Below, one piece after another: positions 51,120-62,493 of a stretch of DNA of 64,000 nt. Origin of the DNA: Styela clava (taxonomy: Eukaryota); the NCBI RefSeq assembly GCF_964204865.1, contig NC_135256.1:21266001-21330000 (forward strand). The letters are read 5' to 3'. A program made the translations under genes and the position numbers. The stretch's first letter is position 1. Every line of letters begins with the position of its first letter. A model generated the notes under the pieces. That model ran no database searches and had not been told where the DNA came from. It saw only the letters and a list, made by a program, of their open reading frames with translations.

Positions 51120-52950
51120 TCAGTTTACATCATTAATTGCTCCGCAACCACCATCTTCTATGCGATTAGTAGTTTTCCTGTTATGTTGTTCTTCCTCGCT
51201 CTGCTCTTTCGCATTTTGCTGACTTTGCAATTTATGCAATTTGTTGGCATTTTGAGACTTGCCCATTGTCCGCGCTGCAGTGCGATCCTCATGTGGTCGA
51301 ACAGCGTTTATTCTATGTTTTATACAATAAACTATGGTTCCCACGACGTAGATTAGCATAGATGTCACGAATACCAAGAAGGCAATAACCAGTGGATCAC
51401 TGTTGAAAAATTTATTTATTAAATATTTTTCGGGATAATTATTATTAACTTGAATAAAAGGATCTTCTGTAGAAATCATCCGCGACCAATACAAATTTGA
51501 ATGTCCAGCGCAATCTGTATTCCGTGCCCTAACTATAACTAAATAATAACTAATTTTTTACTTTGAGCGATGGCGGGGGTGGTTTTTTTCGGGTTGCTTT
51601 CTACAAAGGAAGCGAACATAAATAAAACAAATATCAGCTTCATGAAATTTAAACCGGTTATATTCCGAAACGATCCTTTAAAAATCGAATTGAATGTCGA
51701 GGCCTCTAAATCCGGCCCTGACCACCAGTTTGAAGATGTATGTGCCAGATACCTTGTATTAGAATGTATTACATACCTGAATCGATTTCTACTTTCTGTA
51801 TCTTTTGGCTCTTCTGAAATGCTCGTAGACTCTGAGAAGGAAAATCTTGTTGAAACTTAACAAAGAATTTTAACTGCTATATATTTATTTGTACGTGTGT
51901 AGGTATAAATTTCGTCGGTTATCTGTCTCATCTTCGCCAGGTTTAAATTCCAAGTAAAAATATTGTTATTATATATATAATTTTAATGATATACAATTGA
52001 ACATCTATTAAAACGTTTGCAGCGAAGTAAATAGGTTCAATTTGGATCAAGAAAATCTTGTCACTGTGAGAATCTAAATCATCATTCTCATTCACTTTTC
52101 AACATAGAGTATTCAGTTTGTTACGGAGTGGATATCACAGTTATGAAAATTACATTCATTAATATTTTCCAATCTCGAACTTGGAATATCGTGGCCAGTG
52201 GTCAATAGCACAAATATATATATATATATATATATTCTCATGTTACAGGAACGGAGTAGGCTTCGTCTTTTTATAACTATAAAGCAGAATAAAAATACTG
52301 AACCTGTGATCGGAGTTGTTCCCATTGGTGAGACAGTTGTATACCCGCAAATAGAATTTATTTCGTCCGATTGGTCCTCACAGCTGACAATGTCGTTGCA
52401 GAGATTTTTCTCTTTAAAACAGTAAGATCTATCTCTGCAAGCGTATTGCCTAAAATAATTAAAAACGGAAGTGTGTTTTATAAGTAGAAAATCGTTTTTG
52501 TCCAATAATGTCATATTTTAATAAAAATTAATACGCACTGTGGCGGGCAACCTCTGTCACTTATTATTGGCGTCCACCCGTACAAATTTTCATCAATGTT
52601 ATTGAAGTCCACTGATCCTTCTTCTCGTTTGCTAGCTCGACTGTTCTGCCGCTTGACACGATTCAATGATAAGCCTTGAATAACACGAAATGAGAGTGTA
52701 TTTACATGCAAACAGTATAGTAATTACGATTTAATATACACTCATCTACGAGAGTTAGCTATTCAGACTACATTACTAAAAACACGATTAAGAGCACTAA
52801 CCATATCTAATATACAACATAAGTACTTATTTGTTATAAGTACTAAATTGATAAATATATATTACCTGAAGTAACGAGCATCAAATCCGAGATAACAAAA
52901 TACAAAAGCGTAAACGCTATAAATGTTGTTGTCTTTGCTTCTTGACTCAT
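51120..52950 (-). CDS. Type I membrane protein with one LDL-receptor class A module, 5 exons: 52950-52866, 52674-52539, 52449-52304, 51855-51777, 51528-51120; ~284 aa
   Basis: Signal peptide (MSQEAKTTTFIAFTLLYFVISDLMLVTSG), RVKR, six-Cys LDLa module CPPQQYACRDRSYCFKEKNLCNDIVSCEDQSDEINSIC with acidic SDE motif, Ser/Thr stalk, TM (PLVIAFLVFVTSMLIYVVGTIVYCI) and polar tail. Phases 1,2,1,2 are all compatible; 855 nt. Confidence 0.85.
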
Positions 52951-55702
52951 CGTAGTGAAGATGCAATACGTTGTTTTAAATAAGATCCAGCTGTATTGAA
53001 ATTACTGTTTTGCTACTCCGTATTTACACAAGTTCTTTTGGTGCTTTGTGTTTGGATTGAGTGTTTATCAGACTTGGATAAGAATTTAACTCTTAAGTGA
53101 AACGAATAAACAATCAAGAGCAATTAGACATTCGTTCGAATTTTTGTTTACTCGACTATTATGTACAATACCGGTCATTATGACAAGAAGATTTCAGCTA
53201 AAGGATTTGGTACATAAAATTTCAAAATACTTCCTTTACGAATATTTTTTCAAACTTTTCATGAATTTGACAAAATCTGTATTATCACACATACCTTCAA
53301 GATTGTTACTTTAGCGACGCTGGTGATAGTGATTAAAAGGTATTTCATGTAGGTGTACAAAACCAAAAATTATAAGCACTTCCATGGTATGATTTTTGAG
53401 TAATGCTTTCCGTGATTTAATAATATTTCATTCTAGCTCCGTATGTAACTTCATATTGAACACTACCCTAACAGATAAGAAAACACTTCTGTTGATTGAA
53501 ATGACATTCCTTAATTTTTTTATTGAAGTTAAGTATACTAAATGCATATTTGCTGGGTGATTTGTTTTTTTATTGTTATTACAATTTCATTTTTAGCTAC
53601 CTTGATGTGTACAAACCTTAATGTTGTAAATGTTTCAACTCAAGGGTAATTGACTCGTCATTTTTCTCGTTCGCGTGTGAATCAAAGTTAATATTTCTCT
53701 ATTAAAATTGTCCACCCAAAGTAGAATTTAAACCTGAAATCAGCCACAAAGTGACATGCAATACGATCATTGGTATAGCCTCAAATATTTCCAGTGCATC
53801 TATTCTAACACGTTGATGACTTGATATAATTTTATTTGTTCGCTCAATTCAAACGTATGCACAAAGCCGAGTAATATGCAATAACAAAACTAACTATCCC
53901 AGACAAAAATGTTTTGTTATGGTGATAAGTTGGCGCTTTTGTAATATAATCTACAAAAATCAATCCATATGATTGACAAATATTCGAATACATTAATTGA
54001 AATTGATCGCCAATTTTCTGCACCAAATCGGTAGCAGTAGACAGGGACAAAAACAATGCGTAACATTTGTTATAAACATTCTATCTATTGCATACGTGAA
54101 TATACTAAAATGCTATTCCTGAGCGACAAGGCTTTGGTATTTATGGATAAATACTATCGAATCTAAATCAAATTGCTTATCTATTATCGAAACGCAAATA
54201 TTTATAACTCGTATAAAAACATTAATAGTCTCATCTCGATTATTCATATCGTTCATTTTAAACACTAACATGTGTGACATTTCGATTTCTTATTTTAAGC
54301 GCGCGGGAAAAAAGTCATATTTATTTTTATAATAAAAGCAGAAACATTTATTTCTTTATTGAGATAAAAAAAACTAAGTGAAAAAGAAGGTAGATCAACA
54401 ATTTGCGGTGGACTACCATTCATCTTCCAATGTTTTTCTAATTTATCAAAAATATTCATAAAGATAATACACTTGTGATTTATGAGAAAACAGTATGGAG
54501 TGAATAAACCCTCATTGTTGAAAACGGAAGCGGTTTCCACTTGACTAACGATTTCTATTCCTTCTGAAGTGCCATAGTAAGCAAGGAGAACAATGCTACC
54601 TGGGTGTAATCTTATTATTTGTATATTATATTATTTATATATTAGTTTTTATACGGCAAATGTACAATATTCTTGGAGTGCCATTATTATACTTCGATTG
54701 GGACAAGTTGTGGCTAGACCGGTTTTACTGACCCCATTCATTATTCAAGTAGGTTTATTATTGCGAATATTATTTTTGTTATTTTTCGCGTTGGAGGAGT
54801 TTGAAAATTTTAAATGGAAAAATCTCCTCTTAACGATGAGTAATTGTCGTGAAAAGTCTTCACGCTTTTCAGACAATTAGATAACTAACAAGCCGTGAAA
54901 TAAATCCTTTTGAATACCCTCAAATTAAGACGTTGTCGACACAATGTGTAAATAACGTCAACGACGATATTCTTAATTTTGAAGTATCTGAGAAAAACGG
55001 AGAAATTTATTTCCGATAATCTTTGTGACGTACGATCAATCGTAAAGGTTCTACCAGCAGTTTGCGAATCACCTTACATTAGATAAGTTGGATAGTGACT
55101 GTATCTTGAATTGAATTGAGTTTTGATTTGCGATTTCTTCTGAAAATGCCTTTTCACAAAACCATTTTATGGATAGAACATTTCGCTCATATCGAAACGT
55201 ATCCACGGTAATAACAATTTTCTTGAGATTATTTCCCTCATGGTAATTGCAATGTATAATCAATAATATTAATTAAATTTTTTGGAAGTATCATAATGGA
55301 TCGTTATCCACGATTCCGCGCATGAGGACGCACGGAGTGCATATTCCAAGCAGATAACCGTATTAGTTTGCACATATATACTAAATATACTATCATTGAA
55401 TCGTATACATATGAGTAAATTAACAGAAAAGATATATTGAAAAAATGAAAGCTGTATGCATTATAGTTTCAACTACAAAAAAGATACATTATTTGATTCA
55501 TTTTTTGATATGGATTAGATTTCCTTAATTTGGCTGAATTCAGAAGCGGTATCCGACATATAAGCCATCATGACTTCTTGCAACATAGCACAATTCAAGT
55601 GATGTTGAAAGACAAAAATTTTTAAAGTTTATTTCAATATTTTTACGTTATTGCGGGATTCGTCAATGTCAAGCTGGATTTATTGATCGAGTACGTTAGA
55701 GT

Positions 55703-57467
55703 TCAACTCATATATCCGTAGTTTCCATATTTCGATAAGAAACCGACTGGAGCGGCGATGAAAGATATGATGCAAGCTGCCCATGCCATCCATAGTGAGT
55801 AACCAAACTCTTCGCCAACTAATAAATTTTCTCTCGTCTTTGCTGTGTATACGGAACATCCAACCAGAAAGAATACACCTTAAATATGAAAAATGCATTA
55901 TTACAGCATTATGTTGGCTATTTAAAAAGATCTTTCAATTTTAGGGAGAGGGGGGGGGGGGATAGAAAAACCTCGTTTTTGTTCACATTACGTCAACATC
56001 AGCAAGCGTTGCTTCTGTCTTGTCGCGTCAGTGGCCGATTTATACCTTTAGGTTGAATCTTTCCAAGTTTAGCTTTGGGTTTTATAACCTTGCAAAAAAA
56101 TACACTTACAAAAAAAAAATGCCGAAAAACTTACATGATAAAAGTAATACGATTCCAAGGACAACATGTCCTTTCTTTTTCATTTTACCCAAAGCATGAA
56201 TGAGAGACAAAAAGACTCCAAAGACGATTCCAACAACGCCAAGAATTACAAACGCTCTTGTTGCGTTTATGTAGTCCGGAACTGGAAAAAATATATACAA
56301 TTCGATAAATAAAGTAATAAGAGGTCAAATTTTTCAGATCTATATCTTAAAATACACGTTATTATCATACCGTCTGTCATACTCGTTTAGTTCATTTTAG
56401 CAATCAAATATGGACGTTTTTAATCTTGTATGAAAAACTAGACGGAAATTTCGCATCATATAGTTGCATAGCCAATTTACCACAATTTCGGAGAATAAAA
56501 CACATTAATTTTAGTTGCATATATAAATTTGTGTTATATTTCTGCATATTGTAGAATTTTACATCTTTCACATTAAACTCCGCTTTTTTCTAGCTGGAAA
56601 TGATTTTGTACTTTAGTTTGAATATCAATGGTTTTCTAACTGATTCTGGTGACAATAAAGCGTTTTAGAGCACAAAAATCGTGAACCATAACGATTTGTA
56701 AATAGAACATCGCGTGTTCTTGAGCGTGCATATATGCAAAGACGCTGCATGTTTTTATTCCAATAACAACTAAGGTCACTGATGCTATTCATTGCTTGAA
56801 ACAGAAGATACATAAATGGGTGATGCGGATAAATAGGAGAAATGGGTAAGTTGGATACATGGCATTCTGCATGAGAATGGCTGTAATAACTACTGCAATA
56901 TAATCTGATTTCAAGCCGTGAAGCACACGACATCAAGTGAATCCAATATGCAATGGGAAATGTATTATACAGTCTGGTGTTTCAGTGAACCGACGTCAAT
57001 TAAAATTGTACCGATAGCAAAATAGTATAGTATAACAAAAATATACTGCAATTTTAGTCTGGAGTTGTTTTACCCTTCTACAACGTCAAAAGCGCCTTAT
57101 ACTTCTATATCGCACACGCACATCCGTCTACAACATTAATCAATTGTTTCTGTTTTGATACAATTATTCAATAATACCTAATGCAATTTTTTTTAGAGAT
57201 ATGCAGGGTGTCTCGAAAGTAGGTTGTTAACCCTTTCACCATCATTATATGTCAGAATAGAAACTTGCCATTCGTGTATAGCTGACAATCTTCTTTACTT
57301 GATCGAATTTTGCAACTTTCAAAGATACCGTACTCTGTACCGGCAGACATTGAAAGTTTCCATGACGGGGTTGCTAGAGAAATAGCGCTTAGAAGTGTTG
57401 CAGCGACGCATAGTAGGAACGTTATACATTGTAATAAGTGATAACTCTCAAAGTCCACAGCGAACAT
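55703..57467 (-). CDS. PMP22/EMP/LIM2/claudin-superfamily tetraspan protein, isoform a (exons 57467-57269, 56281-56135, 55878-55703), ~173 aa
   Basis: TM1 + SLATPSW...YGIFESC..C (claudin-family W-GLW-C-C-like loop); YINATRAFVILG (TM2); TM3 ..GCSVYT; FGYSLWMAW (TM4). First intron has a GC donor (G|gcaagt), phase 1. Confidence 0.85.
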
Positions 57468-58500
57468 TTTGACAGGTAAAATATGACTCAATCTACATTC
57501 TCACACCCTCTACGATAATTTCCGCATGCCTGAACAATGAACAGGAATCTGAATAAGTGGTAAACAATTTTCTTGCAAGATGCTTTTCTCGGTGATCAAT
57601 CAACCATTCCAGAAGGAAGGCATGTTAATTTGACTTAGAGGACTTGTTAATCTCTGGCGCCATAGTGCGAAATCAAATGTGAGGGTGTTGTTTAATTTTC
57701 CTGATCGTATTTAACGGACTCTCTCATTGCAGTATTACGTATGCGTAGGTAATGGTTAATTAAGTTGGAAAGTCAATATGACAAGGAAGACATCAAACAA
57801 ATAATTAAAAAATAAAAATCTTGAGAAGCAGAGAGTCATGTTACGGTTCAGTGATGCAATGTCTTTGTTGTCGGAAGGTTATCAATGATTATCAAAGCTT
57901 TAAGCGTATTCAATTTAATTGCTTTCAGCAGTGTGATGTCCAAGTTAGTAGATGATTAAAGTGTTATATCTTTGTAAATTTTATCCGTACCATTCAAACT
58001 ATAGTAGTTCTTTACCTAGACCTGGCTGCGTATACAATGCCCTTTCCAGAGCAAAAGACGTACAAATACGTCATATAAAAATCAGTTTTGAAGCTATGTT
58101 GAGTGCAGTAGCTCTCTCTAATGGCGGCTTAAAATGCAAATCCTATACAATGAGTAATTCTGATAATACTAGGGATTTGAGGTGTTGTTCCAAACAGTGC
58201 TATAACAAAACAGTAACTCTTGAACTTTGATACCTGTTTACCTTTTGGACTTAATTTTCTCAATAAATATATTAATAATAATAATTAATATCAAATGAAA
58301 AACTTGCCTTCTGATCGACTCGCGCAAGTTGTTACACTAAGCACTGTGATGCATCCCCGGAACAGTCCTAACTCTGTTCCAGAAGATGATAAAATAATAG
58401 TTCTACGCCAGGCGACCGTAATGGTTGCTGTGATGGATAAAACAGCAGCTGCACAAGCTAGAATTCCTGCCGCCAGTGCCAGAATTGCAAATGTCTTCAT
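55703..58500 (-). CDS. Same tetraspan gene, isoform b with alternative first coding exon 58500-58308 spliced to the shared exons 56281-56135 and 55878-55703, ~171 aa
   Basis: MKTFAILALAAGILACAAAVLSITATITVAW...GTELGLFRGC......TC = TM1+ECL1. Ends AAG|gcaagt (GC donor) in phase 1, the same phase as exon 1a. TATA-like tatata on the minus strand at ~58678-58683. Confidence 0.75.
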
Positions 58501-61002
58501 GCTTGCGGTGATCAAATAGAGGTAGAAGATTAGTCAGCTGATATGTTACAAGAAAGAAATCATTTAAATGCAAGAATAGTTGCTGGTTAGTAATGTCGTG
58601 AAACGTAAAATTAGAGGTGCTTATAAAGTTTGATGGCATATACAATCGTTTAATTGCTTCAGTCAAGAATCGGCTCATATATAAAAATATAAAATTCGAT
58701 AAAACTCCTCGTTATGTTAAATTAGGAGAATAAAAAATTTCAAACAAACGTAATTTAGTTGATGTAAAATGTAATAAATTTCTCTTGTAAAAAAACAACA
58801 ATAGAAGCTGAATTCTGATTAATTTCCTTTTTATTGAGGTATCACATACATACTAGCAAACATGCAAAAGATAATAAATACAAAGATTCTGACTTCATCA
58901 GCATCAGTGACGTAATCAGCATCCTATATAATTTGTAAATATCAATCCAGAATAAGCTATTGGAATTCCATAAATAAAACTTAAATTCATGCGGTCAAAT
59001 ATATTTAGATATCTTGCAACTATAACTCTCATATTCCACAAATAAATATTTATACTAGTTATGTACAGTTTGGCCGAAGCATTCGAACGAATATCGCAAT
59101 GCAACGCAACTTTATAGTGAAGAAAAAACATAGTTATGTTCAAACGACGACACTTCAAAAATTGTCCTGGAATAGATGAGAGAAAAAACTAAATACAATA
59201 AAAAATATCCATGAGTGCTCCAAATTGCAACATCTGAATATTATTTTTAAAATAAACATAAAGCACTCCGCCAAGTTAAAATTACCGAATTTAAATCTAG
59301 CGGGGCCATTGGCAGGAATTTCGAAAAGGGTCTCTAGAAAGACCTCCCAATTTGTCAATATCTTAAGAAAAGCATACACATAACAGAATAGAACATAGTT
59401 TTACTGTTGACTAAAACCTTCCTGATTTGTCTCAATATGGTCACATCAATTCTGTCACTGTTATGCCATGCAATTTCAAGATTTTCTGTCATTTTGACTT
59501 AACTGAGCTTTTGTATCGTTCTATTTTATACACTCAACCAATTCTCTTTGAGAAGCAGTCGCCAACTGTATATTATAAATACCTAATTCTAATCAATACC
59601 GGTATGATGTATTTCACATGACTTGAACATTTTGTGAAATGAAGTTAGTAATATTTTAAGCGCTTATGAATTTCTCGTTGTCTTAACAATCAACGCTATC
59701 CGTGTTACGCCGTAAAATACTCGAGTGAATATTGTGATAAAAATTTTGAAGAACTTTAGAAGACATCAATTTGTATACAATAACGAAGGCGCAATATATC
59801 ACACATTTGAGTGCTCAAACAGAATTTACTCATTTTAACTCCTCAGATATCTTTCTATGCCTATTAGATTAGCATTTGAGTTAACATTTCCCTCAACATT
59901 TGGTTAGTTTCGGGTCGCTGGAAATGAATTAAAGACTTATTTTTTGTTTTATTATGTTCACCACACAGAAAATTAACTGACTCAATTTCTTTAATAATAT
60001 CTGGTCTTCCAATAAAAGCATAAAGAATATAGCTATCTTTTCATCATCTCTTACGGCTCACCGAACACAACCAATAGAGTCATACCCTATAATTGTTTCT
60101 GCCTGAGCATTTAGAGGTAAATTATCTGAGATAGCCAATGATGCGCATCATCCCTCTTTTATGTCTTTGTAGACCATGTCATCGCAGTAATTCTAAGCAT
60201 CTAAATGTAGTCCTAACAACTGAAAAAATAAACGCTTTCATGATTCATTTGCGTAACCGCAGTCTTCATGCTTTTGGATAAATTGGATATCAGAAGCAAC
60301 GCCACGTATTGTTCGGATTGCCTTATAAAATCACACATATATATCGATGAAAAGCTTACCACGTTATGCATTCTTATCCGATCTACATCGTCAATTGGTC
60401 TTGTGATATCTTAGTCAGATATCTAAATCATGTGACGAGAAAAATGTCTTTTGCCAGCAAAAATTAGTCAGATGCGCAATGCACACACACTATTGATCAG
60501 ACACGGGCGAGGTATACAAGCGAATGCGCATTTCAGCTGTGTTGCAAAAAATTGTTGACGTCTTTAATTCGTGGTAAAAACAACTCCCAGTATCGCTTTG
60601 CATAACGCTTTTTGACCCTACACCAGTGCTGTATGCTTTTTAGTGATTTAACGTCGCCTAGCCATCTCGCGAATTCCATATTTTTGAACAAGATGGCTTC
60701 ATGCTGCCAAACCGAAGGTTTCATTCCCAATTGTTGTGGGACATAATGACAACGAATATGATATTTCTGGGGAGTATATATAAATAATACATAAATACCA
60801 AAATATATTGTACAGGTAATAGTCTCATTACCGGAAACTTAGTCATTGCGGGTATTCAATTAATTGCACTCTCACCAAGTTTCTAAGTGATTTCGGTTTC
60901 GATTCATCCGCTCTTACCCCAAAGCGACCGACGACTTATCGATCTTTTTTTAGTTTCTAATACACCGATATTAAAACGTTTAATACATTTAAAACAGGTA
61001 TC

Positions 61003-61868
61003 TTTTTTTTTATTCAGGTTTTTATAGAATAAAACTATTGCAATAAATAATATTCATCAATAACAGTGATTCATCATAATAAATATACACATTGCATTAG
61101 TACAATGATTGTATTGCAAGAATTCTCAAATTTTTGTTATGTTGAGCAATTTTTCTCTTTTTCAATGCTAATTCTTTTTCGTTCTCTCAATTAATTTCAA
61201 AAAGTGTATAAACAATGGCCTTCTTTTACCAATTTTACAATTATAAAAATAAAATAGCCCTGCAAGTAGGACGCAATTATAAATCTGGTCAAAAAAATTT
61301 CTACAATAGCCTATTAAACATTCCATCTTGGTGAAGGAGAAATTAATACCACTTTTCGTAAACACCCACTGGTTCAACTGTTCTCAGAATATTGATGAAT
61401 AATAACATTCAAAAAAAGATGATTGTTGTTCTCAACAGATACATTTCAAAAATCACATAAATTTGAAGGCACTTTAAAGCCATATAAAACATAATTTAGG
61501 ACAATTGCCCTGTGAAATAGTTTAATGTGGAAGGACCGAAGTTTTGTCTCAATGGTGCAAAAATAAACATTAGAATAGCATTTATTCCAATTAATATTGG
61601 AATGTGCATTTAAATCAATAGTTCATTTTTTTTTCTACTTTTATTGGTGGGATAAACTGTTTTTCGTTCAACTGACGATATATTTCTTTGTTTCTATTTG
61701 CACAATATCACCTTTAAAAGAGTCTACCTCCAAATAATGAAAAGTCACATTACATATATTTTCTAACCAATCATCTGGAATACAACCTATAAGTTTATAG
61801 TATTCGGTGTATTCAGATGCACTGTATTCAATGTCATATTTTTCACACAATTCAAAATAAGTGAACAA
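61003..61868 (-). mobile_element. L1/Tx1-type LINE ORF2 3' remnant, related to 21480-22150
   Basis: Minus strand reads FTYFELCEKYDI...YYKLIGCIPDDW, then NWNKCYSNVYFCTIETKLRSFHIKLFHRAI...NLCDF*..ENNNHLFFEC (zf-RVT). A-rich 3' end near 61003; cut off at its 5' side by a HINE. Confidence 0.75.
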
Positions 61869-62169
61869 ACGAGAATATCGGTCGAAGACTTATCGATCGA
61901 AGGTTGGGAGATCCCCCAAAACAGCGCTATTACTCCATAGTGACACCGTGTGTCCCATCACCACTTAATTAATAACTCGCTAATTATACGGCATAATTCA
62001 TCGAAAATCAATAGGCTTCTGATCCGAGCTATGATGAACGCACATGCGAAATTTGGAGCAGATTCAACCTCGCTTTCGTGAGATATCGCGTGCATCTAAC
62101 AGACAGACAGGCAAACAAACAAACAGACAAATACCTATCAACATACTTACCGATCTCTCGATAAGTAAT
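61865..62169. mobile_element. Helentron/DINE-1-like element, copy 1
   Basis: Subterminal IR acttatcga...tcgataagt, terminal stem-loop acttaccga-tctc-tcgataagt and (CAGA/CAAA)n microsatellite. Confidence 0.7.
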
Positions 62170-62289
62170 CATTGCCATTAACTAAATGTTTAAACAGTTC
62201 AACACCTTCATTATACCATGACTGTATAAAGAATGTCTTCCTTATGATTTATGACTTATAGATCTAGCGGCGTGTATCCTTCGCTCTGA

Positions 62290-62493
62290 CAACAGCGACA
62301 CCGCGTGTCTCATCATTAATTAATTAATAACTCGCTAGTTATACGACATAATTCATCCAAAATCAATAGGCTTCTGGTCCGAGATATGATGAATGCAGAT
62401 TCAACCTCGCTTTCGTGAGATATCGCGTAACGTACGAAAGTGTCTAACAGACAAACAAAACAGACGAACAAAAAAATCAAGATCGATAAGTAA
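62290..62493. mobile_element. Helentron/DINE-1-like element, copy 2 (5'-truncated direct repeat of copy 1)
   Basis: Shares ttaattaataactcgcta..tatacg.cataattcatc.aaaatcaataggcttctg.tccgag and gcagattcaacctcgctttcgtgagatatcgcgt...ctaacagaca...tcgataagtaat with 61865-62169. Confidence 0.7.

Noticed and set aside
54295-54750. Possible small minus-strand gene (open frame of ~100 codons)
   Set aside because: No recognisable domain and no consistent start or splice phase could be built.
55680-55898. 72-aa ORF MHFSYLRC... as the tetraspan last exon
   Set aside because: Wrong frame; the phase-1 splice gives CVFFLVGCSVYT...FGYSLWMAW... ending at TGA 55705-55703.
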